Below, one piece after another: positions 30,168-40,213 of a stretch of 64,000 bases of DNA. Position 1 is the stretch's first letter; each line of letters begins with the position of its first letter. A program made the position numbers and the translations under genes. Source of the stretch: Candidatus Lloydbacteria bacterium. GTDB lineage: Bacteria; Patescibacteriota; Minisyncoccia; Phycocordibacterales; UBA6899. The notes under the pieces were generated by a model. It did not search any database, was not told the DNA's origin, and saw nothing but the letters and a program-made list of their open reading frames with translations. Location: positions 215,770 through 279,769 of the forward strand of contig JAYSTI010000001.1 in NCBI GenBank assembly GCA_043719805.1, written 5' to 3'.

Positions 30168-31056
30168 TCCGCGTGTACTTATTCAAGGAATAACAGGCAA
30201 GGAGGGCATGCGTGCGATGCGTGCGATGCGTGCTTACGGAACAAACGTCATCGGTGGGGTCACCCCGAGGAAGGGCGGGCAAATCGTGGAGGGCGTCCCT
30301 GTTTGGAACACAATTAGCGAAGCGATACGCGAAGGCGGGCCAATTAACATGGTTGTCCAATTCGTTCCACAGCAAGGCGTTCTCAACGCAACAAAAGAAG
30401 CACTAGATTTCGATATCCCCTTCATTCTCGTTGGAGCAGAAAAAGTTCCAATACACGACACTATTCACATACATCGCCTTGCGAACAAAAAGGGAGCAAT
30501 TCTCATTGGGCCAGGCTCGGTCGGGATGATCGTCCCCCACTTGAGGCTCAAGATCGGAATGATTGGCGGCGATACCCCTGAACGAGTATTTGCACCAGGT
30601 CGAATTGCCATACTGTCAAAGTCCGGTGGCATGACTTCAGAAATAGCCCTTGCGCTCAAGCAAAGTGGACTCGGAGTGTCTCTGGCGTGCGGAGTCGGAG
30701 GAGAAAGAATCACCGGAAGCGATTTTGCCGACCTGTTAATCGCACTTGAAAATGACGAAAGTACCGCCGCGACCATCATCTTCGGTGAGGTTGGTGGATT
30801 CGCCGAAGAGCGAGTTGCCGAAAAGGCTTCTCGTGGGTTGTTCAAGAAACCTATTATTGCGCTCACTGTCGGCGAGTTCATCGCGAATCTTTCGCACGAA
30901 GCCCCCTTTGGGCACACCGGCGCGATAATGGAAAATGGTCACGGCGGAGTCCTGGAAAAACGGGATGCCCTTAGGAGGGCGGGCGTGCACGTCGTGGAGC
31001 GTCTTGATGAAATTGCGCCGCTTCTTGTGCGCCTATCAAATAATGAGTTATCCTAA
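30139..31056 (+). CDS. ATP-citrate lyase alpha / citryl-CoA synthetase small subunit (SucD-like)
   Basis: QGITGKEG, IGPGSVG, SKSGG, GEVGG, FGHTGA phospho-His. Confidence 0.85.
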   Translation: MQINKLIPNNPRVLIQGITGKEGMRAMRAMRAYGTNVIGGVTPRKGGQIVEGVPVWNTISEAIREGGPINMVVQFVPQQGVLNATKEALDFDIPFILVGAEKVPIHDTIHIHRLANKKGAILIGPGSVGMIVPHLRLKIGMIGGDTPERVFAPGRIAILSKSGGMTSEIALALKQSGLGVSLACGVGGERITGSDFADLLIALENDESTAATIIFGEVGGFAEERVAEKASRGLFKKPIIALTVGEFIANLSHEAPFGHTGAIMENGHGGVLEKRDALRRAGVHVVERLDEIAPLLVRLSNNELS

Positions 31057-31726
31057 TTATATGACAACCGTAACTCACAAAAATGACGAACCCTGGTTCG
31101 GCGACACCCCCCTCATCAGCGCTGCACAGGACAAAACTTTTATTGCAATGATATTTGAGATGTTCTCCGGAAAAATGCCGACGAAATACGAAGGTGAGCT
31201 TTTCGAGCTTTTACTCAAGCTCTCAATCGATCATGGGACCAATACGCCCTCCGCAAAAACAACGATAATGCGAGCGGGAGAAAAAAGAGCAATGGGTGAT
31301 GCGGTCGGCGCAGGAATTGCAGAGATCAATAATGCCCACGGAGGTGCAACGGGGCCTGCGATGAGCATGTTTTATGAAACGAAAGAATCAGGAAATTGTG
31401 GGCGTAATGTTGTTGCGAATTTTGAGATACACAAAGAACGCGTACCGGGTTTTGGTCATCGTATATACAAAAAAGACCCACGTGCCGAACTTATTCTGGA
31501 AACCATCGTACGCCTGGGCTTCCCCGATACGTACATCGACCTTGCCCGCGAACTAGAAAAGGAGCTGGCGGAAAGTTTGCCTCATAAGATTCTTCCGCTC
31601 AATATCGACGGGGCGATTGCCGTCGCGCTATGCACGCTCAGATGGAGGCCGGAGTGGAGTACTGCAGTCTTTATCTCATCCCGCAGTGCGGGGCTCTGTG
31701 CTCACTATCTCAATACTGCGCGATGA
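31043..31726 (+). CDS. Citryl-CoA lyase (citrate synthase-like)
   Basis: DHG, HGGA, GFGHRIYKKDPR, NIDG. Confidence 0.85.
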   Translation: MSYPNYMTTVTHKNDEPWFGDTPLISAAQDKTFIAMIFEMFSGKMPTKYEGELFELLLKLSIDHGTNTPSAKTTIMRAGEKRAMGDAVGAGIAEINNAHGGATGPAMSMFYETKESGNCGRNVVANFEIHKERVPGFGHRIYKKDPRAELILETIVRLGFPDTYIDLARELEKELAESLPHKILPLNIDGAIAVALCTLRWRPEWSTAVFISSRSAGLCAHYLNTAR

Positions 31727-32753
31727 TGCGCGGAATGAGTGAGGAGATATCGTGAGAGGAGCTAACAATATCCTGCAATTTTGCACCAAGTGCTTGTCGC
31801 CCTGCCTGATCTTTGTCTACAAAAGAGCGAATATGGGAGACAAAATCGTTGGTTTCACCCCCTGAAAACATGCAAATATCACGAAGCGGTAGAAGTGTGC
31901 TTTCCAGTCCGGGATTTGAGGTAAGCACAGGAACTCCCGCCGCCATTGCTTCGAGTACGGCCTTATCAAGACTTCCCGTTCCGGACATATTCACAAAAAG
32001 ATCTGCCTGCGCGAGATATGGTAATATCGCGTGATGAGAGACAGGACCGACCCACACCACATCCGTATCGAAACCCCTCCTGGCCACATCCGCGCGAAGT
32101 GCATTCATGTATATCTTGTCCTCGTCAGTGAGCGGACCACCAACAATGTGGGTGCGGATGGCGACTCCCTCTTGTTTCAGTATTTCTAACGCATCAAAAA
32201 GAATGTCATACCCCTTCGTTCGCGAGACGCGTCCGATTGAGATGATGCGAAATACCGGATCGGGAACAAGCCCAACCTTCCGATAGTCCGCGACGTTGAT
32301 GCCGTGTCCCATCACGTGGCGTTTTATTGTAGGAATGCGAAAACTTTCAATCGATGCGGTAAAAATTATATCTGCGAAAATCACCGCCGTGCGAAGCGAT
32401 ATATCTACCTGCTTGTGCGTATACCAAAGTGCGACTTTTTTCCCTATGAGTTTCCAGAATATTCCACCAAGGAGAACATAGACCTGATTCATATGCACGA
32501 ACACTGCATCATAATTTTTACGTTCGTTCCAAATGATGCGGAAAAAATTCCAAAGATATTTTATGCGGGAAACTCCCCCCTCCTTTCCAAGTGAATACAC
32601 GCGAACATTTTTGGGGAGATCATGCTCCCCCACAAAAAGCCCCACAGCGATGACCTCGTCACAATGTTTGGCGAACTCGGCTATCCACCCATGAAAAAAC
32701 CCGAGTACATCGTCGTTCCGGTCGATTTTTTGTGTGAAGATGAGAAGTTTCAT
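31710..32753 (-). CDS. GT4 glycosyltransferase
   Basis: GRVSRTKG, GSLDKAVLEAMAAG. Confidence 0.9.
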   Translation of the reverse strand: MKLLIFTQKIDRNDDVLGFFHGWIAEFAKHCDEVIAVGLFVGEHDLPKNVRVYSLGKEGGVSRIKYLWNFFRIIWNERKNYDAVFVHMNQVYVLLGGIFWKLIGKKVALWYTHKQVDISLRTAVIFADIIFTASIESFRIPTIKRHVMGHGINVADYRKVGLVPDPVFRIISIGRVSRTKGYDILFDALEILKQEGVAIRTHIVGGPLTDEDKIYMNALRADVARRGFDTDVVWVGPVSHHAILPYLAQADLFVNMSGTGSLDKAVLEAMAAGVPVLTSNPGLESTLLPLRDICMFSGGETNDFVSHIRSFVDKDQAGRQALGAKLQDIVSSSHDISSLIPRIIAQY

Positions 32754-33166
32754 GATTTGTGTGAAGAAAAAATATATCGCTCGTAAAAAAAGTAGCTCAT
32801 GATTGAAATAATACCCCCGACAATAATCTGGGCAACAACGTAATGTAAGTGTGCATATTCCACAAGCAGATAAAGTGCGGTCGTATTTAAGGTGAGGTTG
32901 CACAATATGATGACGGAGTACGAGAACAACTGTTTCGTAATGGTTTCCATGCCTCGGTCACCAAACGTCCAGAACTTCTGTAATAAAAAACTCACGAAAA
33001 ATGCAAACAGGAAGGCAATGCCTGACGAAAGAAGATACCACACATGAAGAAAGTGTGTCAGCAAAAAGAGTATTGTAATAGCAGTAATTGCGGATGTACC
33101 ACCCACAATAATAAATTTCGCCACCTTATAATATTTTCCGATATTTGAATGCAGTGTGCTGTTCAT
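32750..33166 (-). CDS. GtrA family protein
   Basis: KFIIVG, about 4 TM segments, QKFWTF. Confidence 0.85.
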   Translation of the reverse strand: MNSTLHSNIGKYYKVAKFIIVGGTSAITAITILFLLTHFLHVWYLLSSGIAFLFAFFVSFLLQKFWTFGDRGMETITKQLFSYSVIILCNLTLNTTALYLLVEYAHLHYVVAQIIVGGIISIMSYFFYERYIFSSHKS

Positions 33167-33186
33167 GGCAAATATGAGAATGTAAA

Positions 33187-34119
33187 TTATGCGCGCTTTT
33201 TCATAAACGATATGATTTTTTTTGCGATAAGTTCCGGTGCCATACCGACAGAGCGCAGGAGGTAATCGCGGTCACCCACGAGAGTCACGAAAATATCCGG
33301 AAACCCAAATGCGTGAAATTTTATTGGCGCCAATCCACCTTGCCACAAAATACCGGAAACAATAGACCCCAAACCACCGATGGTGCTGTGCTCTTCAACG
33401 GTAAACACTCCTTTTGCCGTTTTTGCTTTTTCAAGAATAAGATTTTTGTCGATTGGCTTTAGGTTTGGCATGCTAATGACGCAAGTCGACATGCCCGTCT
33501 TCTTTTCAATCTTCACTGTGGCCTCCATTGCGATATCAAGCACATTCCCGGTCGCAATTATAATGATATCCTTCCCTTCTTTTATGACATATCCTCGACC
33601 CGACGCAAAGCGAAATGACGGCTGAGTGTAATCCACGCCCGGACTTTTGCCTAATCGAATATATGCCGGACCCTTGGTGCGGAGCATCGTTTTCGTTGCC
33701 TCACGTGCCTCCCATGAGTGCCCCGGGGAATAAATTGCCATGTTCGGAAGTGCGTTCATAATTGCATAGTCCTCAACGGTATGGTGCGTTACGCCGTGTG
33801 CGGGGTAATTGAACCCGCCTCCCGTACCAACGATCTTTACATCAAGGTTGTCGTAGCAAACGCCGGTGCGTATCTGTTCGTAAGGGCGCATGGTTGCGAA
33901 TGATGCAATAGAATAGGCGATTACTTTTTTCCCCTCAAGCGCAAGTCCTGCCGCCATGCCCACCATGTGCGACTCGGCGATGCCAACATTTATGAACCTA
34001 TCGGGAAACTTTTCCTGAATCGGCTCAAGGGCATTAAAGCCGAGGTCACCCGTCAAGAACATAATGTCCTTATTTTTTTCCATTTCGATAAGCACTTGTT
34101 TGACAAAATCTCGTCTCAT
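33187..34119 (-). CDS. Transketolase C-terminal subunit
   Basis: TGDLG, NVGIAE, RPYEQIR, GVTHH, TVEEH. Confidence 0.9.
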   Translation of the reverse strand: MRRDFVKQVLIEMEKNKDIMFLTGDLGFNALEPIQEKFPDRFINVGIAESHMVGMAAGLALEGKKVIAYSIASFATMRPYEQIRTGVCYDNLDVKIVGTGGGFNYPAHGVTHHTVEDYAIMNALPNMAIYSPGHSWEAREATKTMLRTKGPAYIRLGKSPGVDYTQPSFRFASGRGYVIKEGKDIIIIATGNVLDIAMEATVKIEKKTGMSTCVISMPNLKPIDKNLILEKAKTAKGVFTVEEHSTIGGLGSIVSGILWQGGLAPIKFHAFGFPDIFVTLVGDRDYLLRSVGMAPELIAKKIISFMKKRA

Positions 34120-34946
34120 GACTTTTTCATTTTATCCCGTGACACGGCAACGTCCTTTGCGTTGGGAACATAATAATGCGCATGGAGCGTGTGTTCGATG
34201 TGAGGAATGCTTTTCCCGGCAATCGTATCGGCAATGACCACCACGGGGACTCTCGATTGTTTCGCCGCACGAAGCACCTTCACGAGCGCCACTGAATCGT
34301 GCCCGTCCGCACGGAGCACCTTCCATCCGAATGCCTCCCACTGCGCACCAAGGTCCTGCTTGTTTGTTAATTTTGTGGCGCCAAATCCCTGGAATTTATT
34401 GTCGTCGATGATTGCGACAATATTTCCAAGCTGGTGATTCCCGGCGAACATGACTGCCTCCCATACCGACCCCTCGTTGCATTCGCCATCACCGATAAGG
34501 ACATACGCCTTGCTCTTTGTTCCTCGGAGCGCGTATGCTATGCCAATCGCGATGGAAAGCCCATGCCCAAGAGAACCGGTCGATGCCTCTACTCCCGCGC
34601 CCGCGCTGCGCGATGGGTGGGTATGAAAATGCCCCCCGTTCACCCGATGACCAAGGAGTTTTTTTAGCGGAAAATATCCACGTAGTGCGAGTGTGGCATA
34701 GTATGCCGCGGCGGCATGACCCTTCGAGAGCACGAAGCGGTCGCGCGAAGAATCATTCGGGCGCTTCGGGTCAATGTTGAGTATGTCAAAATAGAGTACT
34801 GCGAGTATGTCACTCACCGAAAGCGACGAACCCGTCTCACCAGAGCGGCTGCGTTCAGACATCTCTATGACGAGGTGGCGAATGTGGCCCCCGATTGCCC
34901 CAAGCTGCCTCGGATTCATCATCTTATTTTTTATACTTGTCGGCAT
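34116..34946 (-). CDS. Transketolase N-terminal subunit
   Basis: DRFVLSKGHA, TGSLGHG, GDGECNEGSVWE. Confidence 0.9.
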   Translation of the reverse strand: MPTSIKNKMMNPRQLGAIGGHIRHLVIEMSERSRSGETGSSLSVSDILAVLYFDILNIDPKRPNDSSRDRFVLSKGHAAAAYYATLALRGYFPLKKLLGHRVNGGHFHTHPSRSAGAGVEASTGSLGHGLSIAIGIAYALRGTKSKAYVLIGDGECNEGSVWEAVMFAGNHQLGNIVAIIDDNKFQGFGATKLTNKQDLGAQWEAFGWKVLRADGHDSVALVKVLRAAKQSRVPVVVIADTIAGKSIPHIEHTLHAHYYVPNAKDVAVSRDKMKKS

Positions 34947-35862
34947 GTTGTGTGAACCACACGATACTCTCCTTGAGGCCTTTATTCAAGTCATATCGAG
35001 GAGTAAAACCAAGCTGCTCTTCTGACTTCTTCATGTCTGCAACCCAGCTGAATGTGTCAAAACTGCGCTTTTCATATGCCCCTTCAACAAGATTCGATGT
35101 ACTTTTTGTTTCATTAATGACCAAGTCGGCGAACTCACGGAGCGTAGTCTGTGTGCCGCTGCCAACGTTGAACACCTCACCTGCGAGTTCAGGCTTTTGC
35201 GCCGCAAGAATGAATGCATCGGACACGTCATCGAGGTAGACAAAGTCACGAGCTATACGCGGGTCAGCAAGTTGGATGTCTTTATTTTCAAGTGCATTCA
35301 TAATAACAGTTGGCACGAGGCGGCCGGATTCCTCAAATTGTCCGTACACCGAAAAAAGCCGAAGCGTAAGTACGGGGAGTTTTTCCGCGCGACCATAGTG
35401 CTGGCATAGAAGTGTCTGTGCCGCTTTCCCAACGGCATAATAACTGTTTGGGTCGATGCGTTCATCCTCCCGCATCGGGTGATCTTTCGTACCGTACTCC
35501 GACGAACTCCCGGTATTTACAAGTACTTTAACCCCAACTTCTTTTGCGGCTTCGAGCAGAGAAAGTGTCGAGAGGATAGATGACTGAAGAATCTTTTCCT
35601 TGTCTTGTTGCGTGGAATAGGCACCATATACTCCGAGATGAAACACCACCTCCGGGTGTGCGGCGCGAAGAGCGCGAACGAGCGATTCTTTTTCTAGGAG
35701 GTCACCTTCGTGTAAATGGAGAGAATCCGTGACCCCTTCGAGTCTCCAAAGATTTGATGTGGGACGAACGATGCCATGTACTTCATGTCCCGCACCGAGG
35801 AGTCGCCTTGCCAAGCCTGCTCCGACAAATCCGGAGATACCCGTGATGAATGCTTTCATCAA
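34924..35862 (-). CDS. NAD-dependent epimerase/dehydratase
   Basis: TGISGFVG, GSSSEYG, YAVGK, RDFVY. Confidence 0.9.
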   Translation of the reverse strand: MMKAFITGISGFVGAGLARRLLGAGHEVHGIVRPTSNLWRLEGVTDSLHLHEGDLLEKESLVRALRAAHPEVVFHLGVYGAYSTQQDKEKILQSSILSTLSLLEAAKEVGVKVLVNTGSSSEYGTKDHPMREDERIDPNSYYAVGKAAQTLLCQHYGRAEKLPVLTLRLFSVYGQFEESGRLVPTVIMNALENKDIQLADPRIARDFVYLDDVSDAFILAAQKPELAGEVFNVGSGTQTTLREFADLVINETKSTSNLVEGAYEKRSFDTFSWVADMKKSEEQLGFTPRYDLNKGLKESIVWFTQHADKYKK

Positions 35863-35901
35863 GAAATATTACAACGTGAATCATAGATTGTCGAATGCCC
35901 C

Positions 35902-36639
35902 TTATTTCGCATTTGGCTGCTGCGCTTTTTCGCAGACGAGAATGATCTGGGCGCTCAGAAACTCACGCACGACGGGAATCCTTTCAAGTAGTGGCTGAAA
36001 AAAGTGAATGGCGCGCGCGAGGGGTGCCGGGCAAAAGAACGGCACAAAACCCACATACTCGTGGCGCACGACCCTTCCTCCTACTTCTTCGCACCAGCTT
36101 TTTAATTGCCAATATGTATATGACTGTTCTTCGTGTTCGCGATGATAGAGAGATACTTTTTCTATAATTTTTAATATCGGATTATTCCCATTTGGCTCAA
36201 CAATAATTAACGTCCCTGAAATTTGAAGAGCGTTGCGAATTGCAACCTTTTGATCAGTCAAATGATGAAGTACTCCACGGAGAACCCCAACATCAAATTG
36301 ATGCGTCGACGAAACGATGTCGTCCGACAAAATGTTGCGCACACTAAATATGATCTCCGGATATTTTTTTTGAGCAAGCAATATTGCATCTGAGGCAGGA
36401 TCAAAACCCTCAACGGCAAGGTTTGGAAACTGCTGTTTGAACTCGGACGTATATGTGCCGTCTCCGCACCCGATATCTGCCAGGGTGCCATATTCAGGGA
36501 GCACGTAAGAACCAACGGCGTCAGAAATGCGCAGATTCGAAAGGATGGAGGAGATTGGGGCATTTGTTGTGTAGCGATAACCCTCATTTACCCTGACGTC
36601 ATCATTGAATTCCGCTACATTTTTTTTCGAGAGTTCCAT
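35902..36639 (-). CDS. Class I SAM methyltransferase
   Basis: DIGCGDG, GVLHH, EPN. Confidence 0.85.
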   Translation of the reverse strand: MELSKKNVAEFNDDVRVNEGYRYTTNAPISSILSNLRISDAVGSYVLPEYGTLADIGCGDGTYTSEFKQQFPNLAVEGFDPASDAILLAQKKYPEIIFSVRNILSDDIVSSTHQFDVGVLRGVLHHLTDQKVAIRNALQISGTLIIVEPNGNNPILKIIEKVSLYHREHEEQSYTYWQLKSWCEEVGGRVVRHEYVGFVPFFCPAPLARAIHFFQPLLERIPVVREFLSAQIILVCEKAQQPNAK

Positions 36640-36687
36640 GGTGTGTGTTTATTATACTATGAGTAACGGAGATTCGCCTAACACCAC

Positions 36688-37398
36688 TTAGTTACGGGAC
36701 GCCCTAATAAATATAGATTGTGAGGCCATGCTCACAAGTGGAATTTTTTCGAACAGGTCGCCCATGACGATCGACGGGCGGATCAGGGATGCCGGAATCC
36801 CCGGTAGAAGAAAGTCCTTGTAATCAACTTGAATATTTTTGTACCCCGCGTGGTCGAGTTTTCTTGCTATAAAATTCTTTGAAAAGGCCATTTCGTCAGG
36901 TTCTAACTTTGCCTTATTGCGCAACCATGGGTAGGAAAATATCAGGTATACATATGGATTGTAAAAATTCGGTTCAAGAAAAATTATCTTGCCGTTCTCC
37001 TTAAGCAACGAACGCATGTTTGTGAGTGCTGCATCGAGGTGGTCATACAGATGATGCAAGATACCGTTCCCGACAATATAATCAAATTTCTCCCCTTTCC
37101 ATTCCTCCGCCTTATTAAAATCTAACGTCGCATAGCGCAAATTCGGCAACACAAATTTTTTCTGCGCCCCCTCGATAAAGGACACGGAGAGGTCGGTGCC
37201 AAGGACACTTGCCGGTGTTTTTTCTGCGATCCAAAAAGCAATTTCGCCCGTCCCGCACCCAATCTCAAGGATTGTCGTTTGTTCCGTCAGATTCATCTCG
37301 GAGAGGATCAGGTCGGCCCTTCTTCTCATCCGAACTTCCGTACTTTTGACGAGCCGAAAACCCTGATTGTACCCTCTCTCATCTCTGATACTTGCCAT
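36688..37398 (-). CDS. Class I SAM methyltransferase
   Basis: LEIGCGTG, GILHH, EPN. Confidence 0.85.
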   Translation of the reverse strand: MASIRDERGYNQGFRLVKSTEVRMRRRADLILSEMNLTEQTTILEIGCGTGEIAFWIAEKTPASVLGTDLSVSFIEGAQKKFVLPNLRYATLDFNKAEEWKGEKFDYIVGNGILHHLYDHLDAALTNMRSLLKENGKIIFLEPNFYNPYVYLIFSYPWLRNKAKLEPDEMAFSKNFIARKLDHAGYKNIQVDYKDFLLPGIPASLIRPSIVMGDLFEKIPLVSMASQSIFIRASRN

Positions 37399-37499
37399 AT
37401 CCCCACACTATAGCAAATGCCACTTATTCGACAATCTGTTCGACTTTTCTTGACTCTCGGTGAATGCTATGATTCCCATACTAATAACCCATCAATATT

Positions 37500-38465
37500 A
37501 TGCCTATTAAGGAAAAGAAAATCTCTGCAGTAGTCACATGCTATCGCGATGGGCAAGCTATTCCGGTCATGCACGAAAGACTTACAAAAGTCTTTCAAAA
37601 AATAGGGTGCCGATATGAGATAATCTTCGTGAACGACGGAAGTCCTGACAACTCGGAGGAGGTCTTGCGGGGCATTGCTGCAAAAGACAAGAACGCCATT
37701 GCAATATTCCACTCGCGAAACTTCAGCTCCCAAAATGCGTTTATGAGCGGAATGACTGTGTCGACGGGCGACGCAGTAGTTCTGCTCGACGGCGACCTTC
37801 AGGACCCCCCTGAGCTTATTGAACAATTCGCTGAAAAATGGCAGGAAGGATTCGACGTGGTGTACGGAGTTCGTACCAAGCGAGAGGCTCAACTCTTTCT
37901 CCAGATCGCCCCAAAACTTTTCTACCGACTATTCCGAAAGCTCGCGTACATTGAGATGCCACGTGATGCGGGGGACTTTTCGCTGATGAGCAGAAAGGTT
38001 GTCGATATTCTAGTCGCGATGCCCGAACGCGATATATTTGTTCGCGGGCTTCGTGCCTGGGTGGGATTCAAGCAGACTGGGGTTCCTTATTTTCGACCTG
38101 AGCGCATGTTCGGAAAAACCACCAACAACATGGTGCGAAACATTCGGTGGGCAAAAAAGGGGATTTTTTCTTTCTCCTATGAGCCCCTTGAATTTGTGTT
38201 TTACCTAGCCATTACCATATCTTTTCTTTCACTCCTTGCCATCATCTACTATGTTTCACTTTACTTTTATACGCCATCCGCACCGCGCGGCATCCCGACC
38301 ATCATCGTGCTCGTTCTCTTCTTTAGCAGCGTTCAGTTATTGAGCCTTAGCATTATCGGAGAATATCTTGGTCGAATTTTTGAGGAGGTAAAAAGCCGTC
38401 CAAAATTCATCGTTAAAGAGATTCTCAACAATCCGAGGAAGAGCGACGAGGGCGCACGCACTTAA
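37500..38465 (+). CDS. GT2 polyprenol-phosphate glycosyltransferase (GtrB-like)
   Basis: VNDGSPD, SRNF, DGDLQDPPE, two C-terminal TM segments, GEYLGRIF. Confidence 0.9.
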   Translation: MPIKEKKISAVVTCYRDGQAIPVMHERLTKVFQKIGCRYEIIFVNDGSPDNSEEVLRGIAAKDKNAIAIFHSRNFSSQNAFMSGMTVSTGDAVVLLDGDLQDPPELIEQFAEKWQEGFDVVYGVRTKREAQLFLQIAPKLFYRLFRKLAYIEMPRDAGDFSLMSRKVVDILVAMPERDIFVRGLRAWVGFKQTGVPYFRPERMFGKTTNNMVRNIRWAKKGIFSFSYEPLEFVFYLAITISFLSLLAIIYYVSLYFYTPSAPRGIPTIIVLVLFFSSVQLLSLSIIGEYLGRIFEEVKSRPKFIVKEILNNPRKSDEGART

Positions 38466-38471
38466 TGCTTT

Positions 38472-40169
38472 CTATAAATTTTTTATCATATACGTTCCCT
38501 CGAGGACATATCCCAGCTTGCGGTAATACTCACGGACGCCGACACCGGAGATAACAGCTATTTTTTTGTATCCCCTTTCCTTGGCGATACGTTCTGCTTC
38601 CGCGAGAAGCCTTCGCCCGAAACCGACGTGCTGGCTTTGACTGCCGTCGCCGCCCACGCGCGTATGCCTCCCGTACGTGTGCAACTCGCGGATGAGTGCC
38701 GTGCCGCGAAGCACCGGCAGCACTGCGTCATCGCCATGATTATCCGGTAGACGAAGCCGCGTGAACGATACGAGCTTTCGCGCTGCTAAATCCTCGAAAC
38801 TCAAAAATTGTTCTTCGCCCGTTTTGGTTCGGTATGTGATGTTCGATAACGTAAAATCATCCGGATTAACCTCCCCCTCGCGTATCTCTCGACAGCGAAT
38901 GCATTTGCACTGCCAGCCATTTTTTTTCATGTCTTCGTCCATAGCCTGACGAAGATTCGAGACGTGACTTCCCGCCATGATGTACGTGGCCGGAATGTCA
39001 CGTATAACGCGTAAAATGCGCACATACGGAGGAACTTGCTGCTTTGCGCCCCGAAGCACGTCTATGAGCTCTGAGTCGGTATATGGCGTAAATCCGCCCG
39101 TTTTCCACGTCTCATACAGCTCGCTATTATCAAGGACCATGCATGGGTAGATCTTGAGCATATCCGGCTGAAAATCCTCACCGGAAAATAGTTCGCCGAA
39201 CATAGAAATGTCCCGAGCGATGGTACTCCCGGGAAGATTCGGCATCATGTGGTACACAATCTTGAATCCGGCGTTACGAAGCAACTCTGACGCACTTTTT
39301 ACGCGTGCGATTTTCATGTCGCGCTTTGTGAGCTTGAGTACGTCATCATCAAGATGCTGCACTCCAATCTCCACCTTCGTCACGCCAAACACGCGGAGTC
39401 GCTCAATTTCAAAATCAGTAATGTAGTCGGGGCGCGTCTCGATGGAGAGACCGATAATGCGCGATACTGCGCGTTCGTTCTCGTCCTGGAGCTTGAGGAG
39501 ATACGCAAGCCGGCCGCGCCCGTCCTGCTTTGCGGGATCGGGGTCTTCATATACTTCGGTGCGCGAGTCATTTCCCGTCCCGTAATCATTGCACGCACGA
39601 TAGCATCCGATCAAAAACTCCTCCTGATAAACTGGATGATAAAAACTCCACGTGCCTCCGATCACGATCATTTCGATCTTGTCGATGGGATGTCCGTTCT
39701 GCTCGAGCGCCTTCAGTCGGCTGGTGATCTGCATGTACGGGTCAAAGTCATTCGCGAGTGCACGTGCCGCAGCGGGCTCCTTGGCCAGATAGCTTTTGGG
39801 CATCGACACGTCGGTCGGACAATACGTGCACCGACCGGGGCACGCGAACGGCTTCGTGAGGAGCGACACGACGGCAACACCGGAATTCGATTTCGTCTTT
39901 ATTTTCCGCATCGCCATTTCCGCATCGATGCTGACTTCTTCGACGCCCTCTTTGACGAGCGCGCGATAAAGCGCAAGCACCTCGGATTTTGTCGGCATTT
40001 GAATGCTTCCATCCTGTTCATTTTTGACATTTCGGGATTCTCCCGTCTTCGTATAACTGTCGCCACTCTGTCGCATTTCACGAAGGCGCGCCGAAAGTAC
40101 CGCGTCTTTGACGATGCGTTTCTTGAGCTTTTCGACATCCAGATCAGTTTTGATATTTGCGAATAGCAT
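38472..40169 (-). CDS. elp3: Elp3 family radical SAM / acetyltransferase (tRNA U34 carboxymethylation)
   Basis: CPGRCTYCP, PKSY, GGT, ETRPD, KIYP, RDIP, RCRE, RELH, QHVGFG, VISGVGVREYY. Confidence 0.92.
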   Translation of the reverse strand: MLFANIKTDLDVEKLKKRIVKDAVLSARLREMRQSGDSYTKTGESRNVKNEQDGSIQMPTKSEVLALYRALVKEGVEEVSIDAEMAMRKIKTKSNSGVAVVSLLTKPFACPGRCTYCPTDVSMPKSYLAKEPAAARALANDFDPYMQITSRLKALEQNGHPIDKIEMIVIGGTWSFYHPVYQEEFLIGCYRACNDYGTGNDSRTEVYEDPDPAKQDGRGRLAYLLKLQDENERAVSRIIGLSIETRPDYITDFEIERLRVFGVTKVEIGVQHLDDDVLKLTKRDMKIARVKSASELLRNAGFKIVYHMMPNLPGSTIARDISMFGELFSGEDFQPDMLKIYPCMVLDNSELYETWKTGGFTPYTDSELIDVLRGAKQQVPPYVRILRVIRDIPATYIMAGSHVSNLRQAMDEDMKKNGWQCKCIRCREIREGEVNPDDFTLSNITYRTKTGEEQFLSFEDLAARKLVSFTRLRLPDNHGDDAVLPVLRGTALIRELHTYGRHTRVGGDGSQSQHVGFGRRLLAEAERIAKERGYKKIAVISGVGVREYYRKLGYVLEGTYMIKNL

Positions 40170-40213
40170 GAATTCCATTACACTAGCAAAAAAATATACA
40201 AAACGCACCAGTT

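Noticed and set aside
28998-31056. Succinyl-CoA synthetase sucCD
   Set aside because: Citrate-binding motifs and the adjacent citryl-CoA lyase indicate an ATP-citrate lyase-type enzyme.
39354-40166. 270-aa plus-strand ORF (likewise 47134-47871 and 49246-49872)
   Set aside because: Antisense to well-supported genes and without recognisable motifs.
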